Of a DNA stretch of 64,000 bases, positions 1 to 12,679 are shown one piece after another. The DNA is taken from the NCBI GenBank assembly GCA_964106915.2, contig OZ066925.1. One strand, written 5' to 3'. The notes below the pieces were generated by a model. That model did no database searches. It saw only the letters and a program-made list of their open reading frames with translations, and was not told the origin of the DNA. Every line of letters starts with the position of its first letter. The first letter of the stretch is position 1. Source of the DNA: Podarcis gaigeae. Taxonomy: Eukaryota. The translations under genes and the position numbers were made by a program.

Positions 1-399
1 AACCTTTACAACATAATCATAGGTTGTAAAGCACAACTTTTGGTGAACAACCTGCAGGTGCTGAGGAGTATCTGTTTCAGGATCACTTGCAGCTGTTATT
101 CTATATCAGGGTGGGGAAGCAGTGGCCTTCAGGCCAAATCAGCCCCAACATGGGACCAAATTTGGCCCACAAGGCACTTTCCCCCAAACCATGCCCACCT
201 GCCCACACCTGATGTCAGGTGTCATGCAGGTAGAGAGATGTAGCAGCAATAGAACAATCTGGAGCCTTAATCTACACCCTCAGAGTACAGATAGAACAGA
301 AACTGACAATAAGCACAGAAACTAATGGGAGCTGTTCAGAAATACTCAAATGTCACTTGAAATCCTACACAGAAAAATAATTTTAGGAGAAGGACAAAA

Positions 400-1210
400 T
401 ATATAAATTAGGAAGCTCAGAATTGGAAGAGAATATAGCTATATTTGCTGCATCAGAAACCTAGGAGAATACTGAAAAGTCAACAGCATGTGATTATCCT
501 CACATACAATTTTTAAAGAAATGGCATTAGTTAACTGAATAAATTAGAAAACTTCGAACATAAAGTTTATCCCCAAAATCCAAGTAAAAATAATAACATA
601 TGGCTATTGCTCTAATAGTGACTGACAGCATAAATCCTATGCATGTCAGTTCAGAAGCAAGTCTCACTGAATTCAGTTAGACTTACTCCCATTTAGGCTT
701 GTAAAATAGGCTAAATTACAAAAAGGTTGTCAGGGATGCAAGCTAAGGTTGGAAATATTATAACAGGAGACTCCATGAAATTTCTCAGGGGGTGGGGGAA
801 TCGTATAACAATAGGCACAAATTTTCTAGAGACAATAAATGACTCCAGATGGGATGGTCAATCATGGAACTCACCAAAAAGAAAATTTATGTATTTAATC
901 CCAAAAGGTGAATAGGATCTGGCAGAAGATGCAAACAATGAACACAATACAATCATGCTTAAATATAGTGAATATGAAAAAATGACCAGAAATTCACTCA
1001 GTCATATTAAACTGTAAAATGGGGAATTAACATTAATATTATGATTATTATTAGGTAAAAGTAAGCTAAAACATACATAGTTGGGAGAGCCAAAACACTT
1101 CAAGAAGCTTGGAAATTATTTTAAACTTCTTTAATAATAGCTACAATAGGTGAAAAAAGGCACCAATAAATCTGAAAAGATGCAAGGGTAGTTAAATAGC
1201 AGTATCAAGA
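400..1210 (+). mobile_element. Decayed CR1-type LINE ORF2 (endonuclease region)
   Basis: Broken translations ENIAIFAASET*, GNIITGD, NFLETIND, TLQEAWKLF and G*LNSSIK resemble CR1 EN-domain motifs in the expected order. Confidence 0.6.
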
Positions 1211-1214
1211 AAAG

Positions 1215-1548
1215 GGGTCCTTTGCACCAGTAGCCCCCCACTTGTTGAATTCAGTTTCTAGAGAGGTCTGCCTCACACCTCCTCTGGTAGGTTTTTCCTC
1301 CCCACCTGAAAGGCCTTCTGATTTTCCCAGGCCTTTGAACAATGTGTTTTGAATATTATTTAATTCAGTGAACTTTTATTCTACTGTTTCAAATTGTGAA
1401 TTTATTTATTTGCTCTCTGTTTCAATTGACTGTTCAGATTTTATTGCTGTGTTTTTATTGTACTTTTATTGTAACATGTATTTTTATGTTCAAAGCAGCA
1501 CATATAGTTTTTGTTTTAGGGTGGCACATAAACAATGCAAATAATAAA
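1215..1548 (+). mobile_element. Decayed L2-type LINE 3' end
   Basis: Resembles the L2 ORF2 C-terminus, then a T-rich 3' UTR ending aaataataaa. Confidence 0.45.
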
Positions 1549-2164
1549 GAATGCTATAAAAGTCAAGAATTTTTCTTTCAAAAATTGCAGGGCTTGCCTG
1601 AATTGAAACATAGTGAGAGACACAAGAAAAAGTGCTCTGACAAACCAAATGTACATCAAACAAGCCAGAAAAAAAGAATTGCTATTTTAAAAAATATTAG
1701 TTTAAATAAGAGCAAGAGAATCAAGAAGCCAGCAAGTTGCTATTATTATGTTAGCTAAAAAGGAACCTTACTATCTATAGGGAACAGAGATCAGTGCATG
1801 GCTATTACCATCATGTTCAGAGTTGGGGCTTCCCAGAGATATCTGGGATGGTGGGGGGCACTGCTGCAAGAATGATGGACTGGATGACTGTCTGATTTAG
1901 TTAGGAAGCTTTTTCTTTATAAAGCAAAGTACACATCTAGTATTAAAATGTGGGTGTTCCTCAGGCTATTCCCATAACAAAGATTAGACTCACTATGAAA
2001 TAAAACTGGAAAGTCAAAATTGTCATTCACTAATTTTTTTTAAATGACCAGAAGATTTTAGTCACTATTTAGTAAAAGCAACACCTTGTTAGTGGTCAAT
2101 TGTTAAGTGTACATGTCATTAGTAAAATACGATATTTGAAACACTAAATTCAACAGATTCTTAC

Positions 2165-2258
2165 CAGCTTACTGAAATGGTATTTACAGTAGCCACAATA
2201 CTGTACGTTATCTGCACCATTTCCTTCTTCTTCACAAAGAAGTCCTGCAAACTGTGCA
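2165..2258 (-). CDS. MLLT10: MLLT10 coding exon 6 (94 nt): (C)AQFAGLLCEEEGNGADNVQYCGYCKYHFSKL; the gene continues beyond the window start
   Basis: End of PHD2; acceptor cttcttctcag and donor gtaaga. The six exons total 612 nt, 204 codons with no stop. Confidence 0.97.
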
Positions 2259-3109
2259 CTGAGAAGAAGTAAAAGAGAGGAAGAAATCAGATACTGAAGA
2301 TGGAAAATGTAACTGCTCAACAAAATATTTAGGAGAGGAATCCCAAAGTTGTCAGGGGGAGGGATCTATGATAGAGAGAATGCCATTGCCTAAGCTCTCC
2401 CAGCTTGGGCTGGTGAAGGTGGAAGTCAGGAGCTGGGAGGCAGAAGTTCCACTCCCCTCCTTTCAGCCTTCGAAATTTCCCCCCTCCCATTGACATTAAT
2501 GTGAAGGGAAATAAGTAATGAAAGGGGAAATAGTTTTCCTCCCTTTCTGTTGGCATGTCTGGACAACAATGGGGTCTGGAATCAAGTGGATGCAATGCTT
2601 TCCCCAATATGTCCCAGAAGGCCTGTTTCTCTACCATCCTCAGAACACTGCTGGTAGTAGAATGACAGCAACAGAACTTATGCCACCATACTAGGGAGGC
2701 CTGTGCCCACAGACCTCCATCTCCACAGCATCCTACAACCTCTCAGCCTCCCTCCTGGGACACACAGAACTGCTCCCTAAAACAGGTTCTTATTTAGATG
2801 AAAGATAATCTTTCAGCCGAGTGTGTAAACATGCACTTGAAAATCTAATCAGAAAAATGTCTTAAGGTTACTGCTGTTTGTGAGTAGGGAGGACAGCAAG
2901 CCTTTTTTCTGCACTACCGCAGCACAAATTGTACAATGAGTTATAGAAATAATGGTTAAGTGAAATGTACTTACTACAACCGTGCTATAACAAGTGATTA
3001 TTTTAAATGGAATCATGCCACTATGGAGCCACATCTACCAGGGCAATAAAACAATATAACTTGGAGAGAGGAAACCAGGAATGCACACAAGTGGGAATTG
3101 CTTACTTAC

Positions 3110-3213
3110 CATGTTACATGGAAAGCCTGGCGGCATCCATGCTTGTTACAAGTCATGCAAGCGCCAGTGGCTGCTTTACTTTCTCTGCCTTGCTCATCAC
3201 ATATATAACATGT
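3110..3213 (-). CDS. MLLT10: MLLT10 coding exon 5 (104 nt): TCYICDEQGRESKAATGACMTCNKHGCRQAFHVT(C)
   Basis: AF10 PHD2 sequence; acceptor ttctccaatag and donor gtaagt, phase 2. Confidence 0.97.
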
Positions 3214-3411
3214 CTATTGGAGAAAATAAGACAGTTGTAAGAACACTATTACCTTTAAATGGACTCAAACTCAGCAGCAAAAGTAAGAGTAATACTCCTT
3301 TGTGCAACAAAGCAAATACAAAGCAAAGGCAAGACTGAACAGTGCTTCGGTTCTCAGACCTGCTAATTGAAGTCACACTCCAATATTCCAAAACAGACTG
3401 TATGTTATGCA

Positions 3412-3539
3412 TAGTTACAGGTAGGTAGCCATGTTGGTCTGTCATAGTCAAAAAAATTCCTTCCAGTAGCACATTAGAGACCAACTAAGTTTGTTATAGG
3501 CATGAGTTTTCATGTGCATGCACACTTCTTCAGATGTTG
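3412..3539 (-). mobile_element. Penelope-like element terminal-repeat fragment containing a minimal hammerhead motif
   Basis: Matches my recollection of the squamate PLE repeat (gttacaggtaggtagcc...cttccagtagcac...gagaccaactaagtttg...gtgcatgcacacttcttcagat). Flanked by direct repeat tgttatgca at 3403-3411 and 3540-3548. Confidence 0.7.
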
Positions 3540-3590
3540 TGTTATGCAGAATGCTTTGTGTGATTAGGTGTTCCCGATGCTACCAAGATG

Positions 3591-4008
3591 CAGAGCCGTA
3601 GCTACGGGGGGGGGGGGGGGCTAACCAGTTTTTTTGCCCTAGGTGAAGCCTCCAGAGGGACGCCATTGAGGCTCCTAGTCTCTCTCTATTTCTGTACACA
3701 AACACGCACAGGAGGGTGCCAAACTAATTTTCTGACCAGGGTGAAATAAAGCCTAGAAGAGTTTGGATTTGATATCCCACTTTATCACTACCCTAGGAGT
3801 CTCAAAGTGTCTAACGATCTCCTTGCCCCTCCTCCCCCACAACAAACACTCTGTGAGGTGAGTGGGGCTGAGAGACTTCAGAGAATTGCGACTAGCCCAA
3901 GGTCACCCAGCAGCTGCATGTGGAGGAATGGAGACGTGAACCCGGTTCACCAGATTACGAGTTCACTGCTCTTAACCACCACACCATGTTGGCCTAGTTT
4001 AGTCCCTG
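3591..4008. mobile_element. hAT-like MITE interrupted near its end by a SINE
   Basis: Imperfect terminal inverted repeats cagagccgtagctac and cctagtttagtccctg. No 8-bp TSD found. Confidence 0.45.
3757..3993 (-). mobile_element. tRNA-derived SINE (Squam3-like)
   Basis: Minus strand shows A box tggtgtggtgg, B-box-like ggttcacgtc, core ctgggtgaccttgggctagtc and a CTT tail; gcctag is duplicated at both ends. Confidence 0.8.
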
Positions 4009-5299
4009 GATTATGTATAGCATCGGTAAATACAGGGCTGGCCCAAGACATTTTGCCTACGCCCCTGATGCCTGCCCCCTGCAGATATGGTACCCTACCC
4101 CCTCCCTCCGCTGTCCCTGCCACCCAACCCATCACCACAACTGTGGCTGTGGCTGCGCTGCCACCACAACAACATAGCAATGGCAAGGACACAGTGGCAA
4201 GGGGAACTGCACTGGATCCACAGCATGGAATGTGCTGGCAGCAGTACAACAGTGGGGGCGAGGAGGGGGAGGGAACAGAATCAGAATCACCTGAGGCAAA
4301 TGACTTCGCTTCGCCTCATGTACAGACCACCCTTGGGTGAATACAACCTACTTCTTTATTATATGGTATGTCTCCACATTAATACACTACCCTGGAGGAT
4401 GGTTCTGGCAAATAAAGCTCCTTGGTTATAAAGACTCAGAATGAATTTACTGAGGCTTCATATCATGTTAATAGCAAGGAAAGGCATTATGGGAAAGTGT
4501 TCCTGCATAGTAATCAATGACTGACATCAGGCCTCAGATGCAGTAAATAACAGTACTGTACTAAGAAAACCTGGAATAACTTTGCTACATGATAAGTGCC
4601 CTATAATTTACATTTCTTTAGATCATTGTATCATTAAGATTTTCTGATTATTTTAATTAAATTCGCTGTAGCAATGTGGAAGACCTCCAGTGGGGCCAGC
4701 AGCATACGACACACATACCCAGATGCACAACCACAAAGGAATTCTATTTAAAATATGCAAAGCTAACATTTTAATATTTTTCAATAAAACCTGTTGCTTT
4801 TGCAGGTCTAACAAAATACTTCTAAGACAACATTCTTGTGAAGTAAGATTATCTCAATTTTCCTTGGGCTGCTGGCATTAACTGTTTTGTATCAATGGCT
4901 ACCCTGCAGAATTGAAACCCAGAAATGCATATCAGCAATCACAAAGCTATAATGGGGGCTGTTTCATGGCTGCCAGAGGATTTCATAAAAATGCACTCTT
5001 CTAGGCAGATTCAGTAATTCCTTTACCAGCATGGAGATTCACAATAAACCTAATTTTCAAACAAGATTTATAATATTCACAGAAAATTGTTATATTCTTA
5101 AAATAATCTCAGTCTCACAGGATGCATAGCTGGGCATTCCTAGTACTTATTAAATACAGTACAATTCTAATCCAAACAAATATTTTAACTCTTGCAATGC
5201 CTCCAGCTCTTCAGCTGAAAACTCAACAAGCTTCATGTTTGGGGACAGCAAGGGTTGTCTGCTGAAATGAGTTGGTGTCTTACTTGTGGCACTCCTGTA

Positions 5300-5541
5300 C
5301 AGTCATACCTTGGTTCTCAAATTTAATCTGTTCTGGGAGTTCGTTCAACTCCCGAAACGGTTCAAAAACCAAGGCACCGCTTCCGATTGGCTGCAGGAGA
5401 TTCCTGTAGCCAATCGGAAGCCACACTGGACATTCAGCTTCCCAAAAATGTATGCAAACCAGAACACTCACTTCTGGGTTTGTGACGACCGGGAGCCGAT
5501 TTGTTCCACGACTAAGGTGTTTGACTACCAAGGTACAACTG
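5300..5541. mobile_element. Tc1/mariner (Tigger-like) MITE
   Basis: TA|CAGTCATACCTTGG ... CCAAGGTACAACTG|TA terminal inverted repeats with TA TSD; internal palindrome gcttccgattggctgcagga...tcctgtagccaatcggaagc. Confidence 0.85.
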
Positions 5542-6194
5542 TATTGACTGTAGGGTGAAACTTTCAAAGGCTGCTTACAAACGTATTAATAGATTCTTTG
5601 AAAGCATTGTTCAAATACTGGTGCCCTTAGCAACATACAATCTCATTTAATCATCTCATTACAATTTCATGACATGAAATGTTTCATGTAACCAGTCACT
5701 TTCCACAAGATAATGAACTTTGATACTGGCTTATTACAGTCTATCAAGTTATCTCAAAAACATTTGGAACTCTTATTCTAATCCATAACCAACTATTATT
5801 TGCTCCCTCCAATGACAGGCTCCTGTTCTACCTTACATCATATAATGCTCATATACTCATCTCTATCTTATTAGTAAACCCAAATCCATCTAACAACTTT
5901 CTACATGTAAGAATCTGGATTCTACCCGACAAGTTTACTACAGAAATCTCATGCAGATATTTGCCCATATGTGCCTGACATTCATTTTTGTTTTAGATGT
6001 GAAAGAGGACACAGAAGTCCCACCACGTTTCTTCTCTACAGGCTCTACAGTTTAGCAGCCTACTGTTTTCAGCAATGATTAAGTATTCACCAATAAATGC
6101 CCACTAGCAAAGCCTGAAGCTGCACCAAAAACAAAAACAGGACTCCAAGGGTCCCTTCACACATTATCCAAGTTAGTAATATATACCTGTTAAC

Positions 6195-6277
6195 TACAGA
6201 AATATCATATATCCATTTTGTAAACATACATATATGACATAGGTATGGTTACAAAATGGATGTATGACATACCTGTA
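6195..6277. repeat. 83-nt inverted repeat with TA-CAG...CTG-TA ends (mini-MITE or pre-miRNA-like hairpin)
   Basis: Arms 6202-6229 and 6243-6270 are complementary at 25/28 positions, extended by TACAG/CTGTA. Confidence 0.8.
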
Positions 6278-7837
6278 AATCTGCTACAGAGCATACACAT
6301 GGAGAACAAGTGAGTCTCTCGTACATTAAGGGGAACAACACAGTTGCATATAAACATATATAAGCATATCCTTTCCATATTTACATACAATATGAATCGG
6401 TTTTATAAAATGCCCTTAAAATACACATATTAATGGATCTACTCTGAGTAGGCCTTAGTCAAACACATAGACAACTGTTTTTCAAATATCAGTTCACATT
6501 GCAAAATGGTTTTCTACAAATATGATAAAATCATATGTCTTTATGATCTCTTGATCAACTGCATCAACCCAATTCAGAGATGTGTAGTAGACCAAACATG
6601 CCTGACTGGATCTTATTGATGACATGTTCAGCTTTTACAACATCAAGTTCCAGTGCCAACTACCTGAACATTACAGCCACACACAGAGCAACTAATTCTT
6701 CTATTGAAGAATCACTGTCACTGGATTAGGGTGAAAACACCAGCTACATGTTGGGCAAATTGTGAGGAGCAACGACTTTAGGGTTTTTAAAACAACAACA
6801 ACAACATGGTTTTGATGTATTTCATGACTAAAACACACTTACAGCAAAGATATGATGCACAGACAGAATGTACCACAATGTTTTTTTATGAATGAGAATG
6901 ACAAAAATGTAATGAAATGTGGTCACTGACAGCATAACAAAAACTGAAAAAATAAATGGTGGTGAATTGTTGAGAAACCACAGAAACAAAACTAAGTCTA
7001 GAAAAGATAGTAAAATTCTGAAAATGCAAGTTAACTTGCACTAACTCAACTAAACTGGCTTTTCTATGTATAACAAACTCTTGATATTGAACTAATTTTG
7101 AAACCCCTTTAAGTTTCAAGAATGTTTTTACATACAGCCTGTAGTTCTGCCGTTCAATAAATATAAAGTTGAATTGCATCCCCAATGCCCAGTTTATGAA
7201 ATTAGTATCATAAACTAGTTCTTTAAACTGGCCTATGTGGGATGACATTTTCTGTAGCCTTTGTAGCTTTGTAATACTGTGCTTGACATCTGACAAAGTT
7301 AAAAATAACCATAAGTTAAGTTAAAAAATAAAATTAAGACAAAACAGCAGATTGGGTTAACTGGTGAATGGTAACACAGGGAACAGGATTCAGGTTTCTG
7401 GAAGTCCTCCCCATGCTGTGCATCTAACAATATCCCTGCTGCATCCATCTGTCCCTAACCCCATACATTGGTCCCCCAATTGAAAATGGGAGGCTGGATA
7501 AAGAGTTAAAGATAGAGTACATACATATGACTACGGCACATCTTCCATGAACACTGTATTAATCCCCAGCTAACGTTCAAGAAAACACATGGCAGGGATC
7601 ACGCTGGCTTATTCTGCCAGCCTTCCCCCCTGCTCCAAGTTCTCAATGATACTGCCTGCTGGGTATCATATATATATATATATATCCGTTTTTAAGCCGT
7701 ACGTAGGTTACCAAAACCTATATACTGCTTGACTGTAATAAAACCTCTAAGCGGTTTACACACAAGGACCAGAATCCCATAATCAGTACACTCTGGTTTT
7801 GTCTACTGGGCTCTATGCATGTACAACTCCAATAATA

Positions 7838-8336
7838 TAGGTGCCCCCCCCCCACTTACATATGATTGACTGCTGTGTAACCTCATATACACGCAGTACT
7901 AGAAAATAATTAAATAATTCAATTCACCTGGAAATGGCAAGAGAGTTGGAGCGTTCTCATGGCTAGCAAGGAGAACCTCCCAAGGGCATGAAAAGGACAT
8001 CAGTGAGGGTGGAGGAAACCCTGAAGAGACCCTGAAGAGGTGTAGTGGGGCTTTGTTTACACTGCTCAGCCTCCGCACCTAACAGCTGCATGTGCGAGGT
8101 AGCACAGCAGCAGCTGCTACTTTCGTGAAAGTCCTCCAGCCTCCTGCCAGCCCCAGAACTTCAATTATAGCTGTAGATATTTTTGGATACAGTAATTTTG
8201 GTATGGATTGAAGAAAGAGCTACAGAAAGGGCATTTAAAGGGTTTTTTAGAGGGTGCTTCCTTCTTTAGCCAATTTCAATTATGTGGGGGGGGGGGGGAC
8301 CAGAATGTAACCTCCACATAAGTGGGGAGTTGCCTG
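7838..8336. mobile_element. Older Tigger-like MITE
   Basis: Imperfect TIRs taggtgcccc...ccacttac and taagtggggagttgcctg|ta. Confidence 0.5.
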
Positions 8337-8930
8337 TACTTAACTTGTGAGTCAGCATAATCTAAATCTCACAACACACGTTCCAACTGAATTTCTACAC
8401 TGGTCTATTATGTGTAAAGAACATGAGTGGGTGGGGAGCTCCTGCTGATATTTCATTCACTTTCTCAATGGCAAAACAATGTTTAACTACAGATGCTTCC
8501 CTAAAGCAAGAGAACGAGAACTGTGAACATTGTGCTATAAGAAGAAAGGGAGAGAACAACAACAAAAACAACAGTTGAGAAATTCAATTCTACTCTCAAT
8601 TAGCTTTTAATAAGAACCATATCAAGGAACTGATCAACAGTAATCTGCTGCTAAATATAGTGATTACTAATAAAACAGGAAATGTCATAAACCTATTTGA
8701 TCAGTTGGTGATGAAAAACATTAGATATCTAAGTAGATATTACCTCGTGCTATAAACTTCAGTAAGACGTAAATAATTTTACTCATTTTCTTTCATACAA
8801 AATGTTCTTTAAAGAAATACAAGCCCTTCAAAGCAAAATATGCTTGGTTTTTTTAATGAGATGTGAAATATATAGCATATTTTTCAAATACGAAATTATA
8901 TCAAGAAAATAAGTCATAGTAGAATTATAC

Positions 8931-9040
8931 CTTATTATAGCGATCATGAGGAACAGACTGCAACACGATAGGTTCCATTGTAGAAACATTTGCAAATTGC
9001 ACCTCGGGAATGTACAGAGCACAAACCACATGAGCCCAAC
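8931..9040 (-). CDS. MLLT10: MLLT10 coding exon 4 (110 nt): GWAHVVCALYIPEVQFANVSTMEPIVLQSVPHDRYNK
   Basis: AF10 PZP sequence; acceptor ctttttatag and donor gtataa. Confidence 0.97.
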
Positions 9041-12000
9041 CTATAAAAAGTTAATTACATTTTATTCTTAATGCCTTCTGACAATACAAATAGAATAATT
9101 TCAACTATAAAAAAGAACATTTCATATGTTACATGTATTTTCAATCAAACACAATGTAAGTATCTAACACATTCCTTAGCACATCACAGCTTATAAAGAT
9201 AAGATTACATATTTTCAAAGAGCTGTAAACAACTAATAGAAATAATGATTTTGCAAAAGTAGAAACAAAACACTTTTAGATTGTACCTAGTTCTTAATTC
9301 ACATTGAAATTAACGGGCCTACATGCTTGAAATTGGGAAGAAAATATGCAGATAATTAAACTATAATGGTTTCTCGTCACACCTTTCCATAAGAATGAAT
9401 TTTTTGCTTATTTTCTTGTTGCTTACATCTAAGACCTGACACTATTACTTTTATATCTTCCTGTGTGGTATCCTAGAATGGTATTTCAGCATAAAGCAGG
9501 ATATATTTTTAGCTTTCTTTCAGTAGCTTTTGATAGTATTTCATAGACCAGTAGGGTATTTTTTTCAGACAGTTTTTTCTTTTCAATTTCCAAGGATTCT
9601 TGACCCAGATAAGAGCCTGCCTAATTTCAGGTTCTCTGTGGTTCCCAAGAGAGTCACCAATTTGTGCTTGCCAAAGAAAACAATTTAACCATGTCTGCTA
9701 CTGTTTCATTGCATAAATAGCTCAGCTTGAAAATTACTTTGCTATTCAAGAGCTGCCCATATTCTGTCCTGGATTACTTTATACAGAGAATTCCCAGACA
9801 GTTTGATACACCAATTTCCCAATATGAAAAGCAGCAGAATAGCAGGAATGTTCAAAACGTAATTGCAGCCTTCCACAAGAAATTAGGTCCCAATCTTCAC
9901 ACACACTCTATATCTGTGTTAACGTCCAAACATGAAGAAGGAAAAAATATCACAGGGGTACACAAAGTACCTGTTAGAAATATCACATATACAACTTATC
10001 TAATCTTCATACAATGTTATATGGCTCAGCTCTACTTATTCCGTGTATACTCAGTTGCTTCAAACCATGCATAAGGTAATAGATGATGTTTTACATGGCA
10101 ATGCTGTGAACAGCAAATATTACGTAAAGCTGAAACAGGTTTGCAAACATTTGGGGCCATGAAAGGAGAAATATTTGATTGTCTACAGCTCTGTGGAACC
10201 TGCTCCAGAACTATTTATAAATTTCTGCAAAACAGAAATGAATTGTGGTGTTTACAGCATACATACTACGCACTGGTATATATGCAACAAACACCCTTGC
10301 CAAAAGTCTGAATCAACCTATTCCAGCATGCAGAAATGTTAGGACACACACACCAAATTCCACAAGAGAGAATGTGTGCACAAGGGACAAGGTTAATATA
10401 CTCTCAAGGTCAAACTAGACATGCCACTGTGCACGTGACTGGCCCTTGTTTACTTTGTTGTCTTTCAAAATCTTTACACCCAATGGCAGCTTTCCTCTGA
10501 AGGCAAATGGTAACCACTGGGCAAGTCCTACCTGTATTGGAACCATGAGAGGAGCAATGAATTAACCCCCCACACACACACTTATCCCCACATCAACGTT
10601 CCAATCAGGCCTCCCTCAGCAATATTTAACACAGGAAAACCAAACACACAAGTGCCAATCACGTGTACAACATTTAGTGCTGTTTCCTCCCCCCCCCCAA
10701 GCCTTTCTCTCTCTCCAAAAATGGGGAAATTGAAAGATGTTGGGCTATGACATGTGACAGGGTGGATAAAATTTGTTTCTATCCAGGCAAACCTTTGATA
10801 TTTAAAAGTCCATAATAAATATGATGACAAATATGAAGAAGCATAAATGGACTGAGATAGCTCAGAAAATGAGATTGATTAAATTTCATGAAGTATTCAT
10901 TGAGTCTTGGCTCTGCCTTCTCTCTGCCCCCTCCCCGCCCCCTCACAGCTCTTTTTATGGCAATGAGTGCATTATGTCTGCTTGACACTATGGAGAACAG
11001 AAGGAGACAGAGTGGTATTCAATGCTAGTCCTACTTAGATAGACCTACTGGAAGTTAAGAGACATGACTAACATAGGTCCCTAAATTTTAATGGGTCTAC
11101 TCTGAGTAGGACTTAGTCAAATATAGTGTTTTCTTATTTTTACTATAATTATCATGGTTTCTCCTGTTTTTATTGTTTTTTTACATTCTCATAAACTGAC
11201 AAAACGAAAGGGATGCTAGACTCCTTACAGTTCAGCAGCTTGGAGCTCCACTTGTAACAAAAAAAATGAAATGAATTAAAAATGTAAATTCAATTTGCAA
11301 TGGACCAAATAAACTGTATTTTAATATACCAAACATGATAATCTAATGGCAAACCATATTATACAAAATACATGTTATGTTCCTAAAGCAACAAAGTGAC
11401 ATTTGATCTGTAAAAGCGGCTTTAAAAAGTTGATTTTTTTTTCAGTTGTCCACAAATTTCCACACCCCTAAAAAAAAGAGGAAAAAATATTCTACTGTGG
11501 GTTCAGAATTCCAAAAAAATTATATCTCTAGTAAGAGTTGCATCTACTGCTCCACCCAGTACTCCCTCTTGCCCCACCCAGTACTGGAATGCAACATCCA
11601 GAAGGTTTTCCATAAGATAATGTGACCTGACCCTCAGGCTGAAAAAGTCTCCACACTATTGAGATAAAGCCTTAAATGATAAATGTATTCTGGTTGGTGT
11701 GCTGTTAATAGGAGGAGGAAAAAAGAGCCCAGGATTGATACATGAAGTTACACTGAAATACCACTTTGGCTTTAGTTATTTCTGTTGCTATCTGCTGGAA
11801 ACAATGTCTTTGTGCTCCTAACAACCAAAAAACTGCTGGGAAATTAATTTTGCTGTATTTCAAGTAGCTAGCTGCCCACAAGAGGTTATGCCAAACTGAA
11901 ACACTGATTTATGTAGAGCAGATTATACTAAAGTGGAAGTTAGGGCTATAGCTTTCTTTGGAGTCCCAGAAAGCCACTGGTGTTCATTTTTCAGTTCCCC

Positions 12001-12679
12001 TTTCCACAGGAACTCATAACCTTTTATAACAGATGTTGGAACTAATGCATCCCATCTGCTTTCTGCCACTAGAAATAACGTGTTCTTCTGTTCAGGGTCC
12101 TAGAAAGTGACCTGCTGCGTTCCTGGCTAATATTGTTTATGCACACTGCTCCATTCAAACAGCTTTTTTTCATGAGCTAATCATTTTTCAGATTTCCTTT
12201 CTTCCAAACCCTTAGATACAAACCCCATGACATAACACTTGCTTTTTCAGGGAATGTTGAAAGCAGCTGGGATCTCTTTGGAGACAGAAATGTCCTCTTA
12301 ACTGAGCAAGATAAGGATATTACTTCCCACCCCCCTCAAAATTTTAGCACATTTGCACCAGATAAGAAGTATCCAATATTATGTGTTAAAAAACCTTGGG
12401 TTCTGAATAGGCAACAACATTAAGTTCTAACACTACTATGTGCTTACAGTGGGCAGTTAGCACCCTCTGAATGCATGTTACTTAAGTACCTCACCAAGTA
12501 TTGTGAGAATTTGCATTACACTGAAGCTCAGTGTATCTGACTGCAGACCATAATCCAGTCATCTTGCAAACAGAACTATATCCCTCACTAAGATAACAGC
12601 AGACAATTCTGAACAGTTCAGTTGACAAGGGCCTTTCAAGTATTATATGCTAGGATAATTTATAGCTTAAATGATGCCA

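Noticed and set aside
3807-4340. 177-aa ORF
   Set aside because: Runs through an antisense SINE and MITE remnants.
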